From Isurus oxyrinchus (taxonomy: Eukaryota): a stretch of DNA of 64,000 bases. A program made the translations under genes and the position numbers. The DNA lies in NCBI GenBank assembly GCA_026770705.1, contig JANJGN010000016.1, forward strand, positions 36,208,001 through 36,272,000, given 5' to 3'. How positions within the stretch are numbered: the first letter of the stretch is position 1; the number at the start of each line of letters is the position of its first letter. Shown here piece by piece: positions 53,501 to 62,045 of the stretch. Under the pieces are notes generated by a model. The model was not told where the DNA came from. It made no database searches and saw only the letters and a program-made list of their open reading frames with translations.

Positions 53501-56500
53501 AGACTGTGTCACATGCTGCCATATGCTACAGTGAGGTCAAGGAATATTGTCCCTGATTCTTTTGAAAGCCATTTTCAATGAAAGTGGTTAATGCAAGGAC
53601 CTGATCACTTGTGCTTCTTCATTGTCAAAAGCCTGCTTGGTCCAAACTCAGGATGTTCCCCACTTCTGGTCTGATCTGCTGTAGAATTAGACATTCTACT
53701 ACCTTGAAGCATTCTGATAGCAGGGATATTAGCCGATGGTTTGATGGTAATTTTTGGTCTCTGCCTGGTTTGGGAGGCTGAAGACATTAGACATGCAGCA
53801 AGATTTTGGCAGTCTTCCTTCACATATGATCCATGTAAAGAATTGGGCCAACCAGGAGTGGGCCAATGGGTCAAGGTGTTTTAGGAACTCAGGGAGGATA
53901 TTGTCATAACCAGCAGCAGTGCCCAACTTGATGGCTTGTAGTAATTTGTCCAACTCCAGGTTGGTGAAGGGGTCAGATTTGGAATCGCTCCGAATATGCT
54001 TCTTCACTCTTTTTTTCTAGCAGTGCCTATCTCATGTGAAGGAAATGGCTCACTACTATTGGCATTTACAGATAGGCGGCTTGGCACTAATTCTTGCTGG
54101 GCTGCTCCAAGATGGTATACGACTATCCAACATTTCCAACTTGAGCAGGTGCAGTCCAGGTTCTTGATTGTCTCTTCCCATCTGGCCCAGCAAGTACAGT
54201 CCAGGGATTCAATCAGATGGTGTGCCACATCTGGGTCACCAGAGGACTCATATTCCCCAACTAAAGAGCTCCCTATCTCATTTAGACTGTTGGAAGAAAG
54301 GAAACACAGACAAGTGTTACTTGTAAGGGGCTGCAGGAAAATCATTGGATGAGTCAGCCTGCTATTGGCTTGCTTACCTCCTTGCAGCTAACTACAATGT
54401 GGGAGAGGCTAAACCCTGGGCACAGATTGCTTACCTGTGTCCTTAGTTGGGAATGTACGTGGCATGTGGGGTCCAAATGAGAGAAACAGAAAAATACTTG
54501 AATGAAGACACATTAGAAATTTATTGGAGGATAGATTCTCAGGAAAATAATGATGGCTTGATAAACGTAATAGACCTTTAAATGTTTGTGGGGAAGATGA
54601 GGAGTTGAGAAAGTGCAGTGGGAGGAAGAGTAAAATGGGAAAACAACACTGATGTGTACATTATTTATTTCAAATCTTGCTTTCAGGTGCTAATGACTCA
54701 CCCAAGAAGCTTCTCATGAAACACCAACCAAAAAGGGAGACCCGCAAGACACTTTCCATCATATCACTTGATGGTGGCTTCACAGGATCATCCACACTTG
54801 AGTCAAAAAAGTCTTCACGATACAAGTCAGACCTCATTTATGCTCCTCAAAATCTTCAACAGCACAGAGTAGGCAGAAAGAGGATTTCTACTGACCATTC
54901 GCTCAGCAAACAAACTGAGGTGGAATTAACTCATAGATCTAAAATAATTTTAAGGAACTTTACATTTCCATTGTTACAACCACAGCTGATGTTATTTGCT
55001 AAGCAAGCCAAATCCCAGAGGGAAACTTGTCTTACTGATAATAACCTTTTTTTTTGTATTTTGAAAATGAGAGACCTCAGAAGCATAGAATCCCAGTAAC
55101 ACTTCTAGGATTTTAAAATTGAAAGGTATAAGAAGAAAAAAAATTAAGCACACAAGATTAAAATTACACAGTTAAAACAGCCTTACAAAACATCCCCCCC
55201 GCCCCACCAAAAAACCCACTTGGTCAGAACACACAAGTAAACTACTTGACCCAACAACTCCCTTATAGATTTTTAACTATAAAATTTTAGTAATATTACC
55301 GAAGGCAAAATTTGTACATCTCATGACTTCTCACTCTCTTCCATTCTGCTGTGGAAATCCAAGAAAGTTCAGAAAACAAACTGCTTTCTGAGACAAAGAC
55401 TTTTTTGGTCTCACTGGATGGCTGTTTCAGATTTCACAGTTTTCCTCAGCACAGAGTTGGTCTCGGGCCACCTCCCCCACACAGCCACCACAGCTCAACT
55501 AAGAGCCTTTCCTTTAATATCTTTTATCCCTTTCATCTTATATTCCATTGTTCTCAAACACCTTTTTGAACTCAACTTTTCCAAACATAAAAATCTTTCA
55601 TGTTTTCCTATTGCCTCCACTTCCAGGTCAAATAAAATTTAATAATCTTCCCTTGCTTACTTATGAAACCTTTGAAAGTTATAAAGGTCCATTGTCACTT
55701 CTAAACTCCACTTTGAAATTTAACAGTCAAGTCCCTACCTATCACCTAATGCAAATTTTAAAACCCAACCTATTTACTTGTAAATTCTCTTCACCAGAGC
55801 CTCTCATTACAAATGCATGCATCTAGCTACTTACCCTTTTATCTCTCAACTGTCACAGACAAGCTGTCTCTATGAACCTTTCCCCCGGATTAATTACTCA
55901 TGGACACACACACACACGTACAGATACACACAGAGAGACATCCTTCTTCACAAAATATCACCATATTCCCAAAATATTAAAAACAACATCCATCTTCACA
56001 CCATATTAGTGATAAGGGTATCACTGACAATGCAATTCTATTTCCAATAATCAATCAGTTAATTATTTTGAAAATAATTATTGTATTATTGATTAAGATC
56101 CACCAGTTCAGCCATTTTCAATATCACTAGAGTTGTGCAGAAATGAGCTACACCTATTTCAGAGTCAACCACATTGCTGAGAGTCTGGCAGCCCATGTAG
56201 GATGGCAGATTTCCTTCACTGAAGGGCATTAGTGAACTAGAAATAAAAAGAGAAAATGCTGGAAAAATTCAACAGGTCTGGCAGCCTCATTGGAGACAGA
56301 AACAGAGGGCAGAATTTTCCGGTCCCACCTATTGCTTCACAGTACAAGGGGACAGTGATAGACACAGTCAAATAAATATTGAATTTTAATATAATTACAG
56401 CGTATTTTGAGTATGATGAGACACTAGACAATTTTCTAGTCTCGCGGCAATTTAACTATTTTTGGTGTGCTTTCCAGCTTCTGCCTGGGAGTCTGCTGGA

Positions 56501-59500
56501 ATACTGGGATAGGTGGGGAGCAGAGTGTTGTTCAAGTTGGCTATGTAAAGCCTCTGAAACTTACCTTAGAGTAGTGTTACAGCTGATTTTGAAACTTCGG
56601 CCACTTTTTTACATTGATATTTTACCAAGTAATGTTGCAATGATCCACTTTAGCTTTTGGGACAATTAAATCTTAAATATTCACTGCACCACCTGTAACA
56701 TTACTGGGTGCCAGGAATTAATAGATGAATTTTCTCGTTTGTATATTATTTCAATGCAGCCACCTAATAATGGCTGGTCATTTATTTGTCTAAGGAGGCA
56801 TGATTTCTTTGTCAGAAGTTATGGGAAAATGGGCTAAATAATGGACATGAAATTAAACAAGTGAGTGTGAGGTGCTGCATTCGGTTAAAAAAAACAACAG
56901 CGGTAATTTGTTTGCAAGTAGGCTTGGTGCTATGGAGGTGTAGTAGGATTTGGAGGTACAAGTAAAAAATCAATTTAAAAAAACTAATGGCCAGGATTTT
57001 ACAGCCCCTCCCACCCGGCGGGATATTACGGCCCCGTCGAACTGAATGGAGATTTAAATGGCTCGCCGCATCCATCGGGGGAGGCTTTATTGATAGGGGG
57101 GGTGATGATGGTGCAGTGATAATGTTCCTAGCTTTGTCATCCAGTGACTTAGGCCAATGCCTGGGGACATGGGTTCAAATCTCAACGTGGCAGCTGGCAG
57201 AATTTAAATTCAATTTAAAAAAAAATCTGGAATAGAAAGTTAGTCTCAGTATTGGTAACCATGCAGCTATCTTTGATTGTTGTAAAAACACATCAGGTTC
57301 ACTAATGAAGAGGAATCGTATGGACTTGAAACTTTTCCTATAGCAGGCGGGCTGGGTGGGAATGGGCGGGGGCAGTCATGGAGCCGATTGCAGCCCACAA
57401 TTGGCTGTGCACTGCCATTGTATCAGGCAAGCCAATTAAGGCCTGCCCAGTGTAATACACGGCCGGTAGCACTCGGCGCTCGCTGTGCCAGCGGGGGGAG
57501 GAGGGAGAGCCGGGGCCATGTGCGTGAAAGAGCGCAGCAATCTCCCTGAGGCACGGATCTGCCTCAGGGAGATTGAAAGGATATTAAAAGGATTGAGTAA
57601 ATCAATTAAAAATTTATTTAAATGTGTCCCCTCATGTGACTGTGTCACATAAGTTGGGACATGTATTCAAATTAATGAAAATGTATTTAATTTTTAATAA
57701 AAGGTTTAGGAAACCTCATCCCAACCGTCGATGAGGTTTCCTGAAAAATACGAAGGCCATTTGAGCTTTTCGTCTGCTCGCCAACCTTAAGTTTGGACGG
57801 GCAACGTTCTTAAGTGGTTTAATTCATTTCTTAATGGCCTTAATAGTCTATTGACATTTCGGGGGGGTGTACACAGCGTACTCTGGCATGCGCCTGCCAA
57901 ACGAAATATCGCGATGGTGCATGATGACATTGGGACGCACACCTGATGTCATCGCGCGATGTTTTACGCATCGGCCTGCCGGGCCTACCCCCACACACTG
58001 ACCGGAAAATTCTGCCCTCTGTTTCTGTCCCCAATGAGGCTGCCAGACCTGTTGAGTTTTTCCAGCATTTTCTCTTTTTATTTCTAGTTCACTAATGCCC
58101 TTCAGGGAAGGAAATCTGCCATCCTACATGGGCTGCCAGACTCTCAGCAATGTGGTTGACTCTGAAATGGCCTAGCAAGCCACTCAATTCAAGGGTAATT
58201 AGGGATTGGCAACAGATGCTGGCCCTGTCAGTGATGCCCACATCCTATGAAAGAATTAAAACAATCTCAAGAGGTATAACCATGAGAGCCAAGACGTGGA
58301 AATGAATCTATATAAAGCCTCGTAAATAATATCAGTTAGAGCACTATGAGCAGCATTGAACTACATGACAATTGATACTTTAGGAAAGGTACACCTGAAA
58401 TTCAGGAGGATGAATAAATAAAAGTACAAAAAGAGACTTGAAAATGTGTTTTTCTTTCTTTGAAACGGATTGTGAGAAGATGATATAAAATAATTTGAAA
58501 TTATGAAAAGGTGAGATAAAATACCAGAGTAGACCTTCTCCAGTAGCTGTGGGGTCAAGAACAAGGTGCCATAGATAAAAGGTTAAATGTAAGGGATTTA
58601 GAACAGAGGCCAGGAGAAAGCATTTTACACAGGCAGTTATAGGGCTGTAGAATTCATTTTGATGATTAGTTTTTGAGGCAGAAACTAAATCATTATTCAA
58701 AATATAGCTGGAGGGGTAGACAAAAGAAAATGTATTGAATGGCTAGGGGAATGGCTAAGTGTAAACAGAACAATTTTCTCACATGGAGGGTAAGTGAGGA
58801 CACAATCTAGTTAGACTGATTGGCTTTGAATTCATGGGCTACATTTCCCCCCATGGGGGCGGTTGTGCGGGGGTGGGCAGGTGCAAGCACAAACCCGATC
58901 AGCACCCCCGATCGTGCCACTATTTTACATGGGTGGGCCAATTAAGGCCCGCCCAGCTTGATGCTCACCCGGAAGCACTGAGCGCTCCCTTTGCAGTGGG
59001 GGAGGGGGATTCCCTCAATCGGGAGTGCGCTCTTTTGCACACATGCATGCGAAAGAGGGCAGAAATCTCGCTGAGACACAGAGGTAGGGCGATCAGTTTT
59101 AGATTTTAAAATTTAAATAAAGGAAAAAAAAACTTTTAAAACATGTCCCCTCATGTGACAGTGTCACATGAGCTGGGACATCTCAATGAATTTTAAAAAT
59201 AATTTTTATAGAATTTTAAAACCCTTCATGAAACCTCATCCCGCCCGTGGATGAGTTTTCATGAAAAATGCGAAGGCCGCCTGGGCTCCTTGCCTGCTGC
59301 TAACCTGAAGGTTTGACGGACAGCTCATTTGACTGTTCTAATTAGTTTTTAACAGGCCTTTGACAGTTCAACGGGCGCGCAGCAAACTCGGATGTGCTCC
59401 CGCCGAACTGAAAATGCAAAGGACGTGCGGTAACGTTGGGACACTCGCCTGATGTCACCCCGCATCAATTTATGCGTCAGCGAGCACCGCCACCCACCCC

Positions 59501-62045
59501 CCCCCCCCCCCCCACCCCGCCCAACCCCACACCCTCTCCCAGGTCCTTGCTCGCCAACCGGAAAATTCTTCCCCCATGTTGTAATTATGTGTTGTATTAA
59601 GTCGGTGTTTCTGGCTTCCAAGTGATTTTATTTTAATGGAGAGAATGCTTTAAAGGTTTTACTATGGCAGGATGTCTTCAAAACCCAACTGTCATTGCTT
59701 TAAGCGGGAATTGGATGATCGCCCGGCTAGCTATGGGGTGGAAATTTACAGGGATAGATGGGCCTGGATGTTTAAATAATTCCTGGAGGGCTGCTTGGTA
59801 TATTCATGGACATGGCAATATTATCAGAAAGAAATTCAATTCTCACTGCTTGTGTTTCAATCATCCCTTTCTATCTCTAGTATGCTTTTGAACTCTTCAT
59901 TACTCTGATTCAAGCCTCTTATGCAGCCCCCTTCTCCTTTCACCTGATCTTTGGACTGGTTGCAATTTCAGCTACCTAGGCCCGAAGCTCAGGAATTCCT
60001 TCCCTAAACCTCTTTGCCTGCTTCTCTCTCCTTCTTTAAGATCCTCCTTAAAAACACTTCTTTAACCATGTATTTAGTCACCCTTTGTAATCATTGTTGT
60101 ATGTTTGTTAGTCTAGTTGAGGAATGATTGCTGAGACATTGGTATGTTCAAACAATAACTGGTTTATTATATATAATTAAACTATGTATAATTATATATC
60201 ACTAAACCCATGACTACGTGCTACACTGCTAGAGCCATGAACATTCTCCCCCTTGACTCCTCATCACATGTTCTCTTACCTCATGATTATGGGAGGTGCT
60301 ATTTACACAGTCCCACACATTAACCCTTACAAATCCTAATAGTACATCTCCTTCCAAGACTTCATCCATATTTTTTACATTCATATTTCCATACTACCCC
60401 ATCTCCACCCAAGTCTCTGACATCACAGATTCAATCTGTCAGGAGGCTTCACAACTCTCCCTGATCATGTTTCTGTCAGATTTGGAAGATCAGTGACCTC
60501 TCTCTCAACTCCTCTATCTTGACTTGGATGGTCTTCATCGAGAGTTGTAGTATTTGGTTCTTTAATTTCTGACTCAACGTCTGGTTCTTCCAAATGTATG
60601 AATAATTGTCATCTTTGATTAATATAAATAAGATTCCTCCAGGTTCTGCAGATGGTACCTTCTGAAATATTTCCTAAATAAAATTTTGGTTGATTGTCAT
60701 CTCTCTGGACTATTACTCCTTCTTTCCCTTGGTCCAGATTCTGGATCAGGACTTGATCTGTTTCTTTCTCTCTTTACTGTTATATTTTTCTCGATCACAC
60801 ATCCCACTCTCTTGATTTGGTTTTTCAGGTTTATCCCTCTCTTTGCATTCGCATGCTCCCTATCCTTGCCACTTGAATTTGCCCTATGATTGTTTTATTT
60901 TCCAGCCTTCCTTACTTCTGGAGTAATAACTCCTTGCAGGCTCTCATTCTTGAACTCTCAGAAACCCTGGACTTCTAGCCCTGGAAGTAATTCTTTCAGT
61001 GGGATGGGAAGTGATGAGGAATTGACCTGATCAATGTCTTGGTCTCTCTCAGAATCCAGCAGACCTGGTTTATCAATAAATTCACTTTCTTTCCAAGTAA
61101 AAAAGGCAGACATTGCGTGGCTTTGTTCCATGTCTAGTTTTTGACTTCTGTCACCGCTAGCATCCTTGATGACCACTTTTGGTGGATGGATAGATGCAGA
61201 TGTATTTTCTAAAAGGTCACCACTGTTGGATGAATGTGGTATTTGAACAGAGTATTCTGTCACCAGATTGTAATTTTCATTTTCAAAGCAATACTACAGA
61301 GTGATGGGTAGTCACTCTCATTCTTGTGTTTTTTCTGGTCTAATTTTTTCACTGTGCATTCGTTGTGAGTGAGTGAACTCCCCCCCCTCCCCCCACCACC
61401 CCCCACCTCCCCCTGGCCCCCGGATATCCTCCTGCAGAACAGGAGGGCTATCAGTCTCTGTGAAGAGTTCCAAAAAGTCAGCACTGAAGTAGCAATCCAG
61501 GTCTTCATTGTAGCTGGATAGTCTCAGTGGTTCATTTCCGAAATCACCCTTGGACACTTACTGATTGACTTCTTCCACTTTCCTGACAAGATTGAGGTCT
61601 TTACAGGTTCCGCTACTAAAAAGAGAGAATTCCTAATTCTGATGAACGTACAATGTTTCCAATATCTGCCTTCCCTTGTACTGGAGCACTACTTGTAATA
61701 GTCTGTTGACTTTTCATTGGATCCTTCGTGGACCATATAGCTGGGTTTCTGTTGGCTGCAGGCAATGCGTTGGTAACCATGGTTCATTGTCTGATAAAAC
61801 TGTTACGCCTGCTCCAGTATCTAGTTTAAAGTTGTGATATGTTCATTGAGGTGTATATCTGCTTTGAGACATCCTAAGGTTATGAAAGATGGTATAAAAA
61901 TGCAAGTGCTTTCTTTATTTTTACTGACCAATACCTGAACTTTTTTGTATTTTTTCCCCAGATTATGCACAGGAGAGCAAAAGACTTATCATTGTCAGAA
62001 AAGAGTGGCTTTGATTTACCTCAGAGTAGATCTAACGTCAGCTAA
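2447..62045 (+). CDS. Spliced host gene, 3' portion of unidentified protein (13 predicted exons; 5' part upstream of window)
   Basis: Exons 2447-2542, 13545-13674, 14862-14929, 18402-18481, 26572-26654, 29855-29952, 31083-31315, 32777-32833, 34510-34602, 42255-42337, 46421-46527, 54687-54919 and 61962-62045 all have AG/GT ends and join without stops (intron phases 1,2,1,0,2,1,0,0,0,2,1,0). Confidence 0.72.
2595..2760 (+). mobile_element. Old tRNA-derived SINE remnant, LF-SINE-like
   Basis: CCTTTCACCTCTGGGACTCAGATTTGAATCAGCCCAGG resembles the LF-SINE tRNA head as I recall it. Confidence 0.5.
2860..3125 (+). mobile_element. CR1 LINE 3' fragment
   Basis: Degenerate match to the 3' end of the CR1 at 35229-37074, including the GGGTTGAATGGCCTCCTTCTGTGCTGT tail. 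Confidence 0.6.
3774..4423. mobile_element. Harbinger-type MITE (family A) inserted in a tRNA-SINE
   Basis: GGGGCAGAATATTTT...GGAAAATCCTTGTCC ends; internal homology to 57331-58017 (inverted) and 58837-59575; SINE sequence resumes on both sides. Confidence 0.8.
4480..5250. repeat. Solo-LTR-like repeat related to 23870-24060 and 54972-56000
   Basis: TG start and shared AAATCCCAGAGGGAAACTT motif. Confidence 0.55.
8515..8553 (+). ncRNA. Minimal hammerhead-ribozyme-like motif (variant core CUGUUGA)
   Basis: AGTT CTGTTGA A GGGTC ATGAG GACTC GAAA CGTC AACT gives stem I AGUU/AACU, stem II GGGUC/GACUC, and a palindromic ACGU stem III. Confidence 0.65.
8515..8613 (+). mobile_element. 99-bp Penelope-derived mini-element carrying a hammerhead motif
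   Basis: Splits integrase motif TDNGIAFTS/AEFQRF; TSD ACTCGTAAATG (8504-8514) / ACTTGTAAATG (8614-8624); near-identical to the terminus of the PLE at 47851-52168. Confidence 0.9.
12732..12857. mobile_element. Short Harbinger-type MITE
   Basis: GGGTGGGAATTTT...GAAAATCCCAGCC ends, flanked by TTA; similar to 43699-43831. Confidence 0.65.
13545..13674 (+). CDS. Host gene exon B (DTSLLVTHQEFNAGKHYIYMDLRQLEWDEVQGYWKLQIAIGN)
   Basis: AAAGCAG| acceptor, CG|GTAAAT donor; only the phase-1 frame is open. Confidence 0.75.
14862..14929 (+). CDS. Host gene exon C (FTSWLPGEEVNDDLNSTYGGTT)
   Basis: TCTTTATGCAG| acceptor; donor after 14929 (or same-phase donor after 14920); phase 2 to 1. Confidence 0.7.
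16127..17312 (-). mobile_element. Non-autonomous Harbinger element with Myb/SANT exon remnant
   Basis: GGCCAGGATTTT...GATTCTGCAC ends with ATT TSD; minus-strand remnant ...IQCR*RMNNLISAAR|GTAAGG around 16870-17050. Confidence 0.75.
18402..18481 (+). CDS. Host gene exon D (TEEAHAKPKITKKLKKQSAAVKSGTK)
   Basis: TTATTTTTCAG| acceptor, AAG|GTGGGA donor; phase 1 to 0 fits neighbours (a second frame is also open). Confidence 0.65.
19411..22957 (-). mobile_element. Harbinger transposon with degenerate transposase (about 20520-21680)
   Basis: GAIDCTHV, VNWKGYHSLNVQLVC, WLLGDKGY and ACCMLHNLAL on -; TIR-like GGGGCTGAATTTT and GAAAATCCCAGC. Confidence 0.88.
19500..19965 (+). mobile_element. Penelope-like 3' end (pseudo-LTR) with degenerate hammerhead, inside the Harbinger end
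   Basis: CTGAAGAACAGTCATATGGACTCAAAACGTT (19830-19860) followed by the GACCTGCTGAGG...CCAGCATCCGCAG tail shared with 47851-47990. Confidence 0.75.
23040..23650 (+). mobile_element. CR1 LINE 3' fragment
   Basis: Homologous to 36490-37074; ends TTCTTAATTCCTTATGT. Confidence 0.8.
26572..26654 (+). CDS. Host gene exon E1 (IMPTATADLTEKPGTSVKQNKQIKNKE)
   Basis: TTTCTCATTTAG| acceptor, AG|GTACTG donor; 83 nt; paralogue at 42255-42337. Confidence 0.8.
27570..27970 (+). mobile_element. L2-like LINE 3' fragment (similar pieces at 30020-30560, 40390-40780, 59850-60090)
   Basis: Shared GCCTTCAGCTG..TCTG.AATTC..TCCCTAAACC..CTTTGACCAAGC tail motifs. Confidence 0.6.
28340..28865 (+). mobile_element. CR1/L2-group (Crack/Daphne-like) LINE 3' fragment
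   Basis: YKAQVRSVIEYSPLVW...KKLDTFQGKAACLI; tail CCCACATCCCCTGAAAGAATTAAAAAA. Confidence 0.75.
28964..29710. mobile_element. Harbinger-type MITE
   Basis: GC-rich island bounded by GGGCAGTCATTTT...AAATTCTGGCC; shares motifs with 41433-42161. Confidence 0.65.
29855..29952 (+). CDS. Host gene exon F1 (QPDSALAYQKNCFEVWKSHAPKIFRNRRAAVK)
   Basis: TTTCCCTCTCACAG| acceptor; donor chosen for phase 2 to 1; paralogue at 46421-46527. Confidence 0.72.
31083..31315 (+). CDS. Host gene exon G1 (VNSPRKKLPLKNQPRRE...YRIGRKRFSNVNSHSNQNQ)
   Basis: TTCTTGCTTCCAG| acceptor, CAG|GTGAAA donor; 233 nt, single open frame; paralogue at 54687-54919. Confidence 0.85.
32777..32833 (+). CDS. Host gene exon H (EQTDLEAQHTNYNAEQTDK)
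   Basis: TGCTCAACAG| acceptor, AAA|GTAACT donor (alternative donor after 32853); phase 0 to 0. Confidence 0.62.
33472..33570 (+). mobile_element. 99-bp Penelope-derived hammerhead mini-element (second copy)
   Basis: Same start (AGTTCTGTTGAAGG) and end (CTGTTTTTG) as 8515-8613; TSD TCTCAGACACAG at 33462-33473 and 33571-33582. Confidence 0.9.
34510..34602 (+). CDS. Host gene exon I (CEENEKIPLDIDVMNENQKAHSGMQDDCNPE)
   Basis: TTGTTACAG| acceptor, GAG|GTAGGG donor; 93 nt, phase 0 to 0. Confidence 0.72.
35229..37074 (+). mobile_element. CR1 LINE, 5'-truncated, with nearly intact RT (ORF 35664..36911), inserted into an older minus-strand CR1
   Basis: NYRPVSLTS, YLDFQKTFDKV, SGVPQGSVLGP, KFAGGTK (decayed FADD), LYKALVRPHLEYC; 3' TTCTTATGTTCTTATGT; antisense CR1 pieces at about 35040-35228 and 37075-37560. 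Confidence 0.95.
39050..40200 (-). mobile_element. RTE-clade LINE 3' fragment
   Basis: Minus-strand remnants KFHQQCLHCILCIQ, LLQNQLRWTGNC, ASSSFYKLWQQVF. Confidence 0.7.
39255..39638. mobile_element. Fold-back (palindromic) element with terminal hammerhead remnants, probably non-autonomous PLE
   Basis: Arms 39281-39462 and 39480-39639 are reverse complements; TSD CATCATTAGGAC (39243-39254) / CATCATTAAGAC (39639-39650); CTGATGA at 39600-39606. Confidence 0.78.
41433..42161. mobile_element. Harbinger-type MITE
   Basis: Absent from the paralogous site near 26480; flanked by TGT(AG) repeats; imperfect TIRs. Confidence 0.75.
42255..42337 (+). CDS. Host gene exon E2 (LVPAATADSTEMFGASENWNKLAYNEE)
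   Basis: Same 83-nt length and phases as E1; TTTCTCATTTAG| acceptor and GG|GTAATG donor. Confidence 0.8.
42452..43188. mobile_element. Harbinger-type MITE
   Basis: TIR GGCCCAGAATTTGCTGG / CCAGCAAATTCAGGGCC; ATT TSD; empty paralogous site near 26772. Confidence 0.88.
43699..43831. mobile_element. Short Harbinger-type MITE
   Basis: GGGCGGAATTTTACAGCC / GGCTGTAAAATTCCACCC; ATG TSD. Confidence 0.85.
43937..46208. mobile_element. Non-autonomous Harbinger element
   Basis: Perfect 13-bp TIR GGGTGGAATCTTC / GAAGATTCCACCC; degraded internal coding remnants. Confidence 0.75.
46421..46527 (+). CDS. Host gene exon F2 (RRSRPDSASSYQEKCIEAWKNISTEIFGHREAVVK)
   Basis: CCCTCTCACAG| acceptor (in-phase alternatives give starts at 46424 and 46430), A|GTATGA donor; paralogue of F1. 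Confidence 0.75.
48370..50010 (-). pseudogene. PLE RT + GIY-YIG endonuclease, left arm, frameshifted
   Basis: GTRMGPSYA, RYIDDYF, NLVYCIRCSQSVLLYIGETKRKLGDRFTEH. Confidence 0.92.
50033..51712 (+). pseudogene. PLE RT + GIY-YIG endonuclease, right arm, with stops and frameshift
   Basis: FYLLPKIHK..PGRPIVS, TMDVQSLY, GVAMGTRMGPSYA, RYIDDYF, NLVYCIRCSQCGLLYIGET. Confidence 0.93.
52132..52168 (+). ncRNA. Hammerhead-like motif at the end of the PLE right arm (decayed mirror copy about 47951-47987 on -)
   Basis: GTT CTGTTGA A GGGTC ATGAG GACTC GAAA CGTC AAC. Confidence 0.62.
54687..54919 (+). CDS. Host gene exon G2 (ANDSPKKLLMKHQPKRE...HRVGRKRISTDHSLSKQTE)
   Basis: 233 nt like G1; TCTTGCTTTCAG| acceptor and GAG|GTGGAA donor. 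Confidence 0.85.
54972..56000. mobile_element. Solo LTR
   Basis: TG...CA ends, 4-bp TSD CCAT (54968-54971 / 56001-56004); absent from the paralogous intron near 31365. Confidence 0.8.
56156..56324 (-). repeat. 169-bp inverted copy of 58000-58168
   Basis: Reverse complement with about 3 mismatches by eye; flanked by CACCTATT direct repeats. Confidence 0.9.
57105..58262 (+). mobile_element. tRNA-derived SINE interrupted by a PLE mini-element (57308-58086), itself interrupted by a family A MITE (57331-58017)
   Basis: B-box-like GGTTCAAATC; TSD GTTCACTAATG at 57297-57307 and 58087-58097; MITE end ACCGGAAAATTCTGCCC. Confidence 0.8.
58837..59575. mobile_element. Harbinger-type MITE (family A)
   Basis: Homologous to 57331-58017; ATG TSD. 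Confidence 0.82.
60095..61800 (-). mobile_element. Degenerate LTR retrotransposon remnant
   Basis: TG...CA LTR-like segment next to polypurine-tract complement TTCTCCCCCTT (about 60244); weak integrase-like remnant near 61750-61800. Confidence 0.5.
61962..62045 (+). CDS. Host gene last coding exon (IMHRRAKDLSLSEKSGFDLPQSRSNVS*)
   Basis: Strong pyrimidine tract TTTTTTGTATTTTTTCCCCAG|; phase 0 matches G2; ends in TAA. Confidence 0.68.
   Translation: MMHRRAKDLSLSEKSGFDLPQSRSNVS

Larger units (their letters stand above)
47050..54400 (-). mobile_element. Ingi/Vingi-like LINE, degenerate, split into 47050-47420 and 53320-54400
   Basis: KLANYCKTWGLK...STYYLHSANAKRGLSI...DRMLTFRQHL; KLGTAAGYDNILPEFLKHL. 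Confidence 0.65.
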
